Positions 9,050 to 18,199 of a stretch of 64,000 bases of DNA are shown here, piece by piece (the stretch's first letter is position 1; each line of letters opens with the position of its first letter). The notes below the pieces were generated by a model, which did no database searches, had not been told where the DNA came from, and worked only from the letters and a program-made list of their open reading frames with translations. The stretch is from assembly GCA_030753015.1 (NCBI GenBank), contig JASMDC010000017.1, forward strand, positions 8,662-72,661. Reading direction: 5' to 3'. Source of the DNA: Candidatus Undinarchaeales archaeon (GTDB taxonomy: Archaea > SpSt-1190 > JASMDC01). A program made the translations under genes and the position numbers.

Positions 9050-12000
9050 TCACCGCGTGCAGCAGCGGAACCCGAAGTTCGACTGGGAGTCGACCGGCTT
9101 GAGGTAAAGTCCCAAGCAGAAGCAACCCCTGCTGGGTGATCCGTCAGGGACTTCGCTGTGACCGCAGCCCCGGAAGAAGACGTTCCCCTCTCCACCGGAC
9201 GACGGCCGGTAGACGAGGTCGTCACCATAACGCCTCGGGTCCTTCCCGAGCAGCGTTCCAACGGTCTGGGTTGGGACGCCATCGTGCTGAAGCCACGCCT
9301 CACTGTGCACCTTGGCGTCCGTCCATTCACCGATGTTCCCGATCATATCGTGTACACCTGCGGCCGATGTGCAGTTCTCGTGAGAACCGGTCGGGCGGTT
9401 GTCGAATCCCTTGGTGTGGCACCCGTACTGTTCGTGGGACTCCTCGAAGATGAGGTCGTACCGCGTTCGGTTCAGGCCGCAGGACGCCACCCACTCGTAG
9501 TCCTTGCAAAGGTATTTCCCGGCCGCCTGGCACGCCATACGCGCCTCGTACCAGGTGACATCGGTCCACGGCAGGGCACCGGGCACCGAGGCGGCCATGC
9601 TCCCCGCCCCTCGCGATGCCTCGTACTTGTCGATGCAGAATCCACCGCACTGAGCGATGAACGCCATCCCCGACGGGCAGCTCCGAGGAGGTACGGGCTC
9701 CTCGGCGCAGATGGGATCAAGGGCCACCTCCAGGCTCGGGTAGACATCGAGCTGCGCCCGGGGAAGTGCCCCCTCAGGCGGCACCCAGGGCTCCGGCGTG
9801 GCGGCCGGTCCCGGTGTCGTTGTTGGCTCGGGAGTGGGCGTGCCCTCGCCCGGTGGCCCCTCTGTCGGCTCTGGGCTGGTGCCGGGAGGCGGGGCACGGG
9901 GATCGTGGCAGCAGCGGAATCCCGTCGCCCCTTCCGAGTACGTGGGACCGCTCACCAGGTGGAGGTAGAAGCAGCCGGCCCACGCCGACATCCCCTCGAT
10001 GGGTGACGAGCGGGAGCCGCCCCGCAGGAAAGGATTCCCCTCCTTGAGCCCCGATGGATTGTGGATGATCCAGTCGTCGCCGTACCTTGCCGCCTCATCG
10101 CCGAGGTACGCACCGACGCTCCCGTCGGTACCGGCCCACGTCTCGCTGGGCACCGTTGCGTTCGTCCACTCGCGCACGTTCCCTACCATGTCGTACACGC
10201 CCTCGGCTGATACGCAGTTGAGGCGGAAACCCGAAGCGACGTTGTTGCGTCCGTGGGTGTAGCACCCGAATCCTTCACCATGCTCCTCCTCGGTGAGTTG
10301 GTACCGTTCACCATCGAGGTTGCACGCCGCCATCCATTCGTAGTCCTTACACAGGTGCTTACCCGCGGCCTCGCAGGCGTGCGATGCCTCCTCCCAGGTG
10401 ATGCTGGCCCATGGCAGAGCGCCCTCCCGGGACGTTGCGGCCCCATCCTCGCCCCTGGACGCCTCGTACTTGTCGATGCAGAATCCACCGCACTGGTCGA
10501 TGAACGCCATCGCCTCGGGGCACGGCAGCACTTCGGATGACGGCTCAGAGCACACAGGGTCCAATGCGACCGTGAGATCCGCGTAGTTGTCGAGTTCTTC
10601 CCGTGGCCACGGTCCATGCCCCTCTGGGGGACCGGGCGTGGCCGTCGGTCCGCTGCCTGGTGGCTCGTCAACCGGTTTGGAGGAGGGATCGAGCGGATCG
10701 GTCCCAGCGTCCACCTCCTCGCCATCGGAGGCGCCATCGTCGTCGGTGTCCTCGTCGTTTGGATCGGTCCTGTGCTCCTTCTCGACATCGTTGGTCAGTC
10801 CGTCCTCGTCAGGGTCCTCGGTGCCCGCGTCCTCTGGCGTGCTGGAGGGATCGAGCGGATCGGTCCCGGCGTCCACCTCCTCGCCATCGGAAGCGCCGTC
10901 GTCGTCGGTGTCCTCGTCGTTTGGATCGGTCCCGTGCACCCGCTCGGTCGCGTTTGTTAGCCCGTCGCCATCAGGATCGTCACTGGCGCCACCGTCGACA
11001 GGGGGCTCGGCGACCTCCTCCTCGCAGTCCGCATCGGTGCCAACGTCACAGCCCAGGGGGCAGACCCCGTCCCCGCCACGGCATCCCGGACCAGTGGTCT
11101 GGTTCCCGAAGTCCAGCTCGTACCGCTCGGTTGCGTACAAGCTGTAGCCAGCCTCGTCCGTACCCGGGTGGCAATTAGACGCTTCGCACGTGTCGCAGTC
11201 CTCTGAGGTGAGGGTGCATACGTGGATCGTGAGATTCCACGAGCCAGCGGGCATCTCCTTCGGGAGCGTCAGGTCGATTCTTGGGAAGCCGATCCTGTCA
11301 CCCGCCACACGTGTGGTGGTCACACCCAGGAAGAACGGAACCCGGTCGGTGCGCCCGAGGTTGGGATTGATACAGAAGCATGTTTCTTTGCTCTCTTCGT
11401 TGGCGAGGGCCATGATGATCTGCCGCAAGGGGACCTCGCTGGAAATAGTATCCTTCGGTTCGATGTCCAATGCGATCAATGATCCCGTGACCGCCAGTTC
11501 CTGACTGATCCGCTCCTCCACCACCTTCGCGTCCACATCCTCGGGTGTGGGCGTGGGGGTCTCCGGTGCCTCATAGACGCACGAGGCCGACACCCAGTCG
11601 CCGATGGTCACGCATTCACCCGTCTTGGCGTCGACCGTACACGACACGGTGCCCACCGCAGTGCCGGCCTGGATCCGCTCCAGGAGACGTGTCAGTTCCC
11701 GGGTGCCCTCGAAGGTGCAGCTGACAACGACGTCCACGAGCCGGCCGGCCTGATCGACGACCCGACGTTGTTCCTTTACGAGGTCATCGGGTGTCACACC
11801 TGAAGCGAACAAGGATTCCACGGCGACGTCATCGTAATCGGCCTCGACCTTGCTGAGCACCTTGGTGAGCGTGCACCCGCCGGCGGGAGCCACTTCAATG
11901 GAATAAGAGACCGTGGTCGTCCGATGTAGGTGGGGCTGGACCTCGATGGTGACAGTGTGATCGATGGACGCCGTGCGGCAGGTCCTCGAGGCCTCTATGA

Positions 12001-12610
12001 AGCACGTGAAGTCCGTACCGCATCCGATGGGGGTCCGGTCCTCGATACGACAATCGGCGTCGTCGGAATCGGTGCAGCCCTCGGGACAGCGGCCGTCGCC
12101 GTCACGACATCGAGGGACGGGAGTGTGGACGCACTCCATGGGATGGCCCGTGCACTCGTCCCTTGTATCGGGATCACTGTCGTCGCAGTCGTCGTCAGAG
12201 CAGCACTCGGACTCTCTACATACGGTCCCGTCGACGTACTGGCACGGGGCGCACTGGGGGCCGGTGCACGCGTCATCGATGCAGGTCTGGTCGCCGGGAC
12301 AACCGGCATCACGGCAGCACGTCGTGGACATCTCACCGGGTTCACTGATGCCGTTGCCGCACTGTGGGCCTGTAAAGTGGCCGCCCAGGGCGACAGCACT
12401 GATGACGATGACGACGACGGCAATGGCGACGAGCTGACCGATGGTCACACTTGAGTGAGCGGGGACTTTTGGCGGGGGGCCGTACAGGGCGCGGGCCACG
12501 ACGTCCGGCGGGAATCCCTTGTACTGCACCAGGTAGTAGTTGATTTGCTGAGGATTGTACCCGTTGCTTCGGAGATATTCCACCCATGCCTCCACCTGAC
12601 CTTCGGGCAT
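9050..12610 (-). CDS. Large surface protein: Cys-rich modules, Ig-like domain, TSP3-like Ca-binding repeats, two FGE-sulfatase (C-type-lectin fold) domains
   Basis: TM; [16 protein letters not shown]; [10 protein letters not shown]...[13 protein letters not shown] twice; FCIDKYEAS...DM.GN..EW...RG...GFRCC twice. Confidence 0.88.
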   Translation of the reverse strand: MPEGQVEAWVEYLRSNGYNPQQINYYLVQYKGFPPDVVARALYGPPPKVPAHSSVTIGQLVAIAVVVIVISAVALGGHFTGPQCGNGISEPGEMSTTCCRDAGCPGDQTCIDDACTGPQCAPCQYVDGTVCRESECCSDDDCDDSDPDTRDECTGHPMECVHTPVPRCRDGDGRCPEGCTDSDDADCRIEDRTPIGCGTDFTCFIEASRTCRTASIDHTVTIEVQPHLHRTTTVSYSIEVAPAGGCTLTKVLSKVEADYDDVAVESLFASGVTPDDLVKEQRRVVDQAGRLVDVVVSCTFEGTRELTRLLERIQAGTAVGTVSCTVDAKTGECVTIGDWVSASCVYEAPETPTPTPEDVDAKVVEERISQELAVTGSLIALDIEPKDTISSEVPLRQIIMALANEESKETCFCINPNLGRTDRVPFFLGVTTTRVAGDRIGFPRIDLTLPKEMPAGSWNLTIHVCTLTSEDCDTCEASNCHPGTDEAGYSLYATERYELDFGNQTTGPGCRGGDGVCPLGCDVGTDADCEEEVAEPPVDGGASDDPDGDGLTNATERVHGTDPNDEDTDDDGASDGEEVDAGTDPLDPSSTPEDAGTEDPDEDGLTNDVEKEHRTDPNDEDTDDDGASDGEEVDAGTDPLDPSSKPVDEPPGSGPTATPGPPEGHGPWPREELDNYADLTVALDPVCSEPSSEVLPCPEAMAFIDQCGGFCIDKYEASRGEDGAATSREGALPWASITWEEASHACEAAGKHLCKDYEWMAACNLDGERYQLTEEEHGEGFGCYTHGRNNVASGFRLNCVSAEGVYDMVGNVREWTNATVPSETWAGTDGSVGAYLGDEAARYGDDWIIHNPSGLKEGNPFLRGGSRSSPIEGMSAWAGCFYLHLVSGPTYSEGATGFRCCHDPRAPPPGTSPEPTEGPPGEGTPTPEPTTTPGPAATPEPWVPPEGALPRAQLDVYPSLEVALDPICAEEPVPPRSCPSGMAFIAQCGGFCIDKYEASRGAGSMAASVPGALPWTDVTWYEARMACQAAGKYLCKDYEWVASCGLNRTRYDLIFEESHEQYGCHTKGFDNRPTGSHENCTSAAGVHDMIGNIGEWTDAKVHSEAWLQHDGVPTQTVGTLLGKDPRRYGDDLVYRPSSGGEGNVFFRGCGHSEVPDGSPSRGCFCLGLYLKPVDSQSNFGFRCCTR
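10682..10932. repeat. Direct repeat, two ~89-bp copies (10682-10770, 10844-10932) encoding TSP3-like units
   Basis: Near-identical DNA (3 mismatches by eye), 162-bp period. Confidence 0.85.
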
Positions 12611-12678
12611 CGATCACCAGTATGGGTTGGAATGTTCTTAAGACTACCTCTCGTGCAAAGGCAGGTCCGGATCGTGGC

Positions 12679-13434
12679 CTACATCTTCGCGCCGCACCGG
12701 GCGCAGAAGGCGGTCCTTCGCTTGTTGACGAACCCACAGGTATTGCAGGGGAATCCCTCAGGGCCCTTGTCCTCTTCAAATTCCTCATCATCGGTCGGCT
12801 CGGGTGGTGGTCTCACGGCCTCGCCCACGGGGGAGATACGCTCAGCGATGCTGCCACCACTAGCTGCCGGGGGAGGCTCCGGTTGTGCCATGGCTCCCCC
12901 ATACTCGTATCCCTCGGATGTCGTGCTCGGCTCTTTCTGAGGTGCTGCGAGCTGTTCCTCAAGGGCATCGATCCGTGCTGCGAGCTCTTTGATGCGTTCG
13001 GCCGTTTCAGCAGCGCCAGCGCCAGCGGCGTCAAGGCCGTCGTGCGACTCGGTCCGCGCCGTCTCTAGCGCCCCGGTCAGTTCGTCCACGCGCTTCTTCA
13101 GGTCAAGCTCCTCGCTCTCCACACGGGAGAGCGTCTCCAGCTCCTCCTTGGAAAGGTGGGCCTCCACGGGGGCCGCTGGCTTCTCGGTTTTTGGAACCTC
13201 CGCTGGTGCATGGTGTACAACGACCTCCTCATCGTCAGAATCACCCGCGGTAGATGGGAGCATCAGGGCGCTTCCCAGACCTGCGAGGGCTAACAGTGCT
13301 CCGACACCTATGAGGAACGTGGCCTTGAAGTCCATGACCATCTTCTCCACGCCCAGCATGAGCATGACGATGCCCACGGCAAGGATGGCAGGGGGAAGGA
13401 TGGCGAGGATGCGCCGTGGATCCGGTGCTGACAT
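12679..13434 (-). CDS. Two-TM membrane protein with coiled coil and C-terminal Zn finger (zinc-ribbon/RanBP2-NZF spacing)
   Basis: Two N-terminal TMs; heptads LKKRVDELTGALE and IKELAARIDALEEQL; CNTCGFVNKRRTAFCARCG; ATG immediately follows upstream TAG. Confidence 0.8.
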   Translation of the reverse strand: MSAPDPRRILAILPPAILAVGIVMLMLGVEKMVMDFKATFLIGVGALLALAGLGSALMLPSTAGDSDDEEVVVHHAPAEVPKTEKPAAPVEAHLSKEELETLSRVESEELDLKKRVDELTGALETARTESHDGLDAAGAGAAETAERIKELAARIDALEEQLAAPQKEPSTTSEGYEYGGAMAQPEPPPAASGGSIAERISPVGEAVRPPPEPTDDEEFEEDKGPEGFPCNTCGFVNKRRTAFCARCGAKM

Positions 13435-15279
13435 CTAACGGAACACCCCCATGACCTTGTCAAGCAGCCCTTTCTTCGCTTCGGGGCGCAGGGTCTTCAC
13501 CAGCTTGGCCACGGTCTTGAGGTCCGTCCGCCTGAAGTGCTTCTGGGTTATGAACTCCTCCTTCACTCGACCGTCGGTCTCGACGTTGTCGTTGATGAAT
13601 GGTTTGGGATCAACGACTGACACCCTGGGGGGTGAGAGGGGGTAGTTCTGTGAGAGGCGGACCTCGTAGTGCACCTTCTTGAGCTGGGCGCCATATAGCG
13701 CCTTATACTCTCCGCTCCAGAGGTAGATGTTGTTCGCGAGCGGCTTGAACGTGGTGACCATATCGGAGACGAGGATGTTCCCGATCTCCTCGAAGAACTC
13801 CTCGGAGCTGGTGATCTCGAACTTACGTACCCTCAGACGCTCCTTCACGAGCTCCAATGCCTCGCACAGGCTCATATCACCCTCCCATTCCAGGCCAGAA
13901 CCGGGGTGGCCGAAGAGTACGAGCCCGGTAGGGGAATGGATGGCGCCGAAGAGGAGGATCCGCTCGGTGACATCGAGCCGGGAGTCGAACTTGATCATAG
14001 GAGGGGTCTGCGGGAAGTACGGATCCACCAGGACCACGGCCTCGTAGGTGCGGCTGGTCAACACTCCTTCACCTTTGATGGTCACCGTCCAGCCCCCCAG
14101 GACCTCCCTGTTCAGGTCCTGTGCGTACTGTCCCACCTCGTTGTCGGGGATCTGGGTGATGGAAGGCTCGTACTTCTCGAGGTAGCCCGCCTCGTAGGAG
14201 AGACGGGTCGTAGGGTCCATGGAGACAAGGTCTGTGCGCTTGAGGGCACGGATGTCCTCAAGGACCTCAACGATATGGGTCTCCTCGGTCCATGTTGACG
14301 TGAGCCGGGGGATTACTACCGAGCCCCCCACGTCGATATGATCATTGGGGAACACGTTACGAAGGGACACGCGCGGGGGAACCCGGGGGAATTCCTTGGG
14401 CACGTCCACGGCAAGGTCGAGCGTGATGCCCTGATGGGTCGTCACCGGCCCCTCCCATCGCTCCACGTTGCCCTTCACGGGGCGCAGCTGGCTCTGACGC
14501 AGGAGCTGATAGGTCTCCAGGTACAGCCGCGGTACCTCGCGGTGCACGCGCTCGATGCGACGGCGCAGGGCATCCAGCACACCGCTCAGATCGGGATCCT
14601 TGCTCCACTGGTACGTGGCCAGGTTCTCGAGCTTGGCATAGCCCTCCTCGTCAGTTAGACGGGGATGGACGATCCCTACACGCACTGAGGGGGGGCTCTT
14701 GGGATACCCCTGGGGGAGCTTCACGACCACTTTCTCGCTCTCCAGACGCCCCGTGAACGTGGCCTTGCCGGACTCCTGGAATCCCTGCTTGAGCAGCAGA
14801 CGCCGGTCCTTCCCGGCCTCGACACGTTCCCCGATATCGTCTAGGCGCGTGTAAATGAACTCGCCCGGAGGTATCTGCTCCTCGAACGAGTAACTGTCCA
14901 GGGTGAACCGCGCCGGTGAGCGTGGATAGCCAGGAGGTAGTAGCACCTCCATCCGCTTTCCCTTGTGCTTTCCTGTGAGCGTGACCCCGCTGGCATCCTC
15001 CTTGTGCGAGAATCCCTCCTCGTGCAGGAATGAGACCTCGAGCGTCTTCTTGATCTCGCCGTCAAGGAACTGGGCGAGCGGAAGGCCGTCGGGGATGGGG
15101 ACATTCCGGTTCACTCCCCCGCCGGAGATGCTCGCGCTCTTGGTGCCCTCCACCTGGAGCTTCACCTGGACCGTCTTGCCATGGAACTCACCACGGAGGT
15201 CGTAGATGGAGTCGCCGACGAACGAGAATCCGCTCCCACGGAGCTGATGGATCTCGCGGAGGATACGTGGATCGGGCAT
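13435..15279 (-). CDS. Tandem UBC/E2-fold (UEV/RWD-like) repeat protein lacking catalytic Cys
   Basis: Start set at ATG 15279 (MPDPRILRE) with GTTATTAAT ~25 nt upstream; five (Y/F)PxxP(P) motifs in E2-like context, e.g. GNVERWEG...VDVPKEFPRVPPRVSL...HIDVGGSVVIPRLTSTWTEETHIVEVL. Confidence 0.75.
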   Translation of the reverse strand: MPDPRILREIHQLRGSGFSFVGDSIYDLRGEFHGKTVQVKLQVEGTKSASISGGGVNRNVPIPDGLPLAQFLDGEIKKTLEVSFLHEEGFSHKEDASGVTLTGKHKGKRMEVLLPPGYPRSPARFTLDSYSFEEQIPPGEFIYTRLDDIGERVEAGKDRRLLLKQGFQESGKATFTGRLESEKVVVKLPQGYPKSPPSVRVGIVHPRLTDEEGYAKLENLATYQWSKDPDLSGVLDALRRRIERVHREVPRLYLETYQLLRQSQLRPVKGNVERWEGPVTTHQGITLDLAVDVPKEFPRVPPRVSLRNVFPNDHIDVGGSVVIPRLTSTWTEETHIVEVLEDIRALKRTDLVSMDPTTRLSYEAGYLEKYEPSITQIPDNEVGQYAQDLNREVLGGWTVTIKGEGVLTSRTYEAVVLVDPYFPQTPPMIKFDSRLDVTERILLFGAIHSPTGLVLFGHPGSGLEWEGDMSLCEALELVKERLRVRKFEITSSEEFFEEIGNILVSDMVTTFKPLANNIYLWSGEYKALYGAQLKKVHYEVRLSQNYPLSPPRVSVVDPKPFINDNVETDGRVKEEFITQKHFRRTDLKTVAKLVKTLRPEAKKGLLDKVMGVFR

Positions 15280-15328
15280 GGGCAGGTGGATGTGCGCAAC
15301 ATTAATAACGGTAGCGTCGACGGCCGGA

Positions 15329-18199
15329 TCACGCCGGAATGCACTGTCGCGGTAGTATCCAGGATCCTGGATTGCGTGCGAAGTACACGGCCCGAGTGGC
15401 ATTGTGCTCGAACAGTACACCGCTACGCTCGGTGATGACAGAAACGGTGAGCTCTTCCCATCCCTCCAATGCCTTATCGCAGAATCGGAACGGTTCAAGG
15501 TGGACGAGGTAGCCGCCGGGTGCCGATGTGACGTACAGCGACTCACGAACGGATCCGCCCAGATATGCCCGCACCGTCCGGGCAGCAGGGACTATATCGC
15601 GACCCGCCACGGACACAAGCACGTCCATGTCGAAGCCCCACGCCTGGAGCACTTGGTAGATGGGCTCCTCACGCGAGCCCGGTCGTACCTCTTCGATGGT
15701 CAGACGCGTCTCCCCGGGGGCTACGAGAGTGATATGGTCATTTCCGCTTCCCGTGCGGCCCAGACGTGCCACGCTGACATCCACGGTGGCGCGGCCAGCG
15801 CTCAGGGAGCCGGAGACCACGAGCGTCAGCACCCACTGACGCAAAGCGGGCACGTAACGCATGGAGAACACCCGCGCCTCCGTACCGCGGACGGAGGCCC
15901 GCACGTCATCGCGTGTAAGGGTTGTGACGGGAGTCCCGTCCCGGGCGTCCACCACGGAGACGTAGGCATGAAGGAACGCACCCTGTTGTGCTTCCTTGAG
16001 TGGGACAGTCCTGGGTTCGAGGGACTGTACGATCACCTCGTAGCCGACGGTCATGGAACCGTACCAGAGGGGGATGGAGGACCGTGCCGCCCCCAGCTCG
16101 CCGTCGTGGACTAATTTGAGGAACAGTGGGACGGACCCTGGTGAGAGCGTCCCTGCAAGGTGGGGCGGGAGCCGGGCACGGACCCGCCAGACCTCGTCCC
16201 GCCACGCCACCTCCACGTTCTCTGGAGGGAGCGGGAGGTCGCCCACGACAAGTGTGATCGAATCGGCCGAGATCCCTCTGGAGATCGGACGACTCTGCAG
16301 GCGCACCGAGAGGTCGAGGCTGACGACCACCTCGCCAGTGGCCAGGGTGTCCATGTCCAACGCTTCGGGCCGGACGTCCTCCACATGGACCGAGAGACCT
16401 TCCGGTGAGCAGCCATCCTCGCGACATATCTCGCCCGGACCGCAGACGTGACCGAACGAGGTCTCTTCGTCCGTGCACAGGCAATGGGACGGGCACAGTT
16501 CCCACGGGAGAAGGGCCGGGATCCGTTGGAGTCCAACGCGCGCCACACGCTCGCCGTCCTCCATCGCTACGACGAAAGGTGGTTCGTCCCCGCCGCCGGC
16601 GCATCCGCTGGCCGTGCACTGCTGACCGTGCTCGCACACGTCCGCCAACCGACCGTCCTCGGTGAAGCACGCGCACACCGGGTGGCGGTCGGAGGCCGGT
16701 ACGCACCGCCCGCCGGGGCCCATGCAGCGAAGTGTGATGTCCCTCGTGCCCAGTATTCCGTCGCGGCACAGGCGATCGTAATCGGTACCCCTGAGGCCGG
16801 TGGGCACCCACGGCTCGACCTCGAGCGGAACTGTGTGAACGCCCGATTCGTCGCCACGGAACGCCGTGAGACGGAGCTGGTAATGGCCGGGCGGGACCGT
16901 CTCGGGGAGCGTGAAGGCGATCTTACCGCAGGGATAGGTACGGCGGACGAGGATGCGCTCCTCCGTCCCGGTGTAGTTGATCAGCGCCACCTCGCACCGC
17001 TCCCCGGGTGTGTCAACCCACATGCGGACATCCTCGCCCACCATGTACGAGGGCTGCTCGAGAGTTACCGGCAGAGGCACCGACCGCCCGGGCTTAAGGA
17101 AATGGACAATGGTGTTGGCCGTGGCCGGGAGCCCCATAGGATTGAACATGGTGACCCGCACCACGTACTCTCCATCCTCGGACATTGTCGAGAGGGTGAG
17201 GGGGACGTAGAGGCAGGATGGAAGCCCGTACTGAGCGTTCACGACATCGCCCTCATGCAGCAGTTCGACAGCACAGCTCGACATGCCAGCTCCGGCGAAG
17301 GCGCCCACGACCATTGTCTCGCCGAGGAGGAAGGTGTCCGTCACACGACCGGCGCCATCACCCACTACAAGTGTCACGGGGAAGAGGCGCGGCCTGACGA
17401 GAACCTCGGCAGTGGCGTTGATCAGTTCGTTCGAATCCTTGAGCTGGAACAGGGTGTGGATGATCACAGGTGTGGCGGGGCATTGGCCCCCTTCGTACTC
17501 CTCGCATCCCATCCCCGCGGGGTCGAACTCGAGAAGGAACGACTCACAGGAAAAGCACGTGCGGGCTTGTCCAAGGGACTGACCGTCGGTGGAGAACAAT
17601 CCCCACACAGCGAACTCGACCTCATTGCCGAAGAAGAACGTCGCGATATCTCCTGCATAGTACTGATCGAGGTCGGTGAGCAGCTGGCCATTGATGATAC
17701 AGTCCTCGGTCCCGTCCTGACACTGGAGGGGGAACTCCAGGCCCACCCGCTCCTTGCGCGTGAGATGGCTGGTCGCCAGTCCCGTGGTGGGGAGGGTATA
17801 GGTGACGGTGCGTTCACCGACGTCCTCTGCCTCGTCCACGAGCAGGAACCCGCGGGGAGTGTAGGAGAACTTGAGGGTGGGTCGCAGCTCCTGGAGCGAG
17901 TACGAACGCGCCACCGTGAGCAAGGGCTCGACTGTGGTGAACCGAAGCGTGATCCTGTCACCTGTCACGTCGTAGGTGCACGCGCGTGTGTGCGCTGGCG
18001 CGAGCTGGGCGCAAGCGCGGTCGAGCACACCTGGCTTGAGTAGCGTGTCAATCAGCTCATCGCCCACGCCGTCGAGGGTTACGGTGATATGGTTGAGTGG
18101 TGAGCGTGATACATCGACCTCCTCGAGGATGGTGTCCACTACTACCGCTGTCGCGGGAGCGATCACCAGGAGCAAGGCCAGAAGGATGGCGGTCCTCAT
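15329..18199 (-). CDS. Large secreted multi-Ig/Cys-rich protein (paralog of 51445-54192)
   Basis: Signal peptide MRTAILLALLLVIAPATA; MG2/Ig-like repeats (LEQPSYMVGEDV, LPETVPPGHY); Cys-rich centre; ATGA overlap with upstream gene. Confidence 0.82.
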   Translation of the reverse strand: MRTAILLALLLVIAPATAVVVDTILEEVDVSRSPLNHITVTLDGVGDELIDTLLKPGVLDRACAQLAPAHTRACTYDVTGDRITLRFTTVEPLLTVARSYSLQELRPTLKFSYTPRGFLLVDEAEDVGERTVTYTLPTTGLATSHLTRKERVGLEFPLQCQDGTEDCIINGQLLTDLDQYYAGDIATFFFGNEVEFAVWGLFSTDGQSLGQARTCFSCESFLLEFDPAGMGCEEYEGGQCPATPVIIHTLFQLKDSNELINATAEVLVRPRLFPVTLVVGDGAGRVTDTFLLGETMVVGAFAGAGMSSCAVELLHEGDVVNAQYGLPSCLYVPLTLSTMSEDGEYVVRVTMFNPMGLPATANTIVHFLKPGRSVPLPVTLEQPSYMVGEDVRMWVDTPGERCEVALINYTGTEERILVRRTYPCGKIAFTLPETVPPGHYQLRLTAFRGDESGVHTVPLEVEPWVPTGLRGTDYDRLCRDGILGTRDITLRCMGPGGRCVPASDRHPVCACFTEDGRLADVCEHGQQCTASGCAGGGDEPPFVVAMEDGERVARVGLQRIPALLPWELCPSHCLCTDEETSFGHVCGPGEICREDGCSPEGLSVHVEDVRPEALDMDTLATGEVVVSLDLSVRLQSRPISRGISADSITLVVGDLPLPPENVEVAWRDEVWRVRARLPPHLAGTLSPGSVPLFLKLVHDGELGAARSSIPLWYGSMTVGYEVIVQSLEPRTVPLKEAQQGAFLHAYVSVVDARDGTPVTTLTRDDVRASVRGTEARVFSMRYVPALRQWVLTLVVSGSLSAGRATVDVSVARLGRTGSGNDHITLVAPGETRLTIEEVRPGSREEPIYQVLQAWGFDMDVLVSVAGRDIVPAARTVRAYLGGSVRESLYVTSAPGGYLVHLEPFRFCDKALEGWEELTVSVITERSGVLFEHNATRAVYFARNPGSWILPRQCIPA

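Noticed and set aside
9050-9980. Diversity-generating retroelement (CLec/FGE targets ending GFRCC)
   Set aside because: No reverse transcriptase or template repeat in the window; the two 3' segments differ at all base types rather than only adenines, and many variable codons end in G or A
13435-15279. Active ubiquitin-conjugation (E1-E2-JAB, CBASS/Bil-type) defence operon
   Set aside because: No catalytic Cys in the E2-like units and no E1, Ubl, JAB or cyclase nearby
16448-18043. 531-aa plus-strand ORF (also 61188-62693, 19226-20221, 38680-39615)
   Set aside because: Antisense to well-supported genes; expected in high-GC DNA
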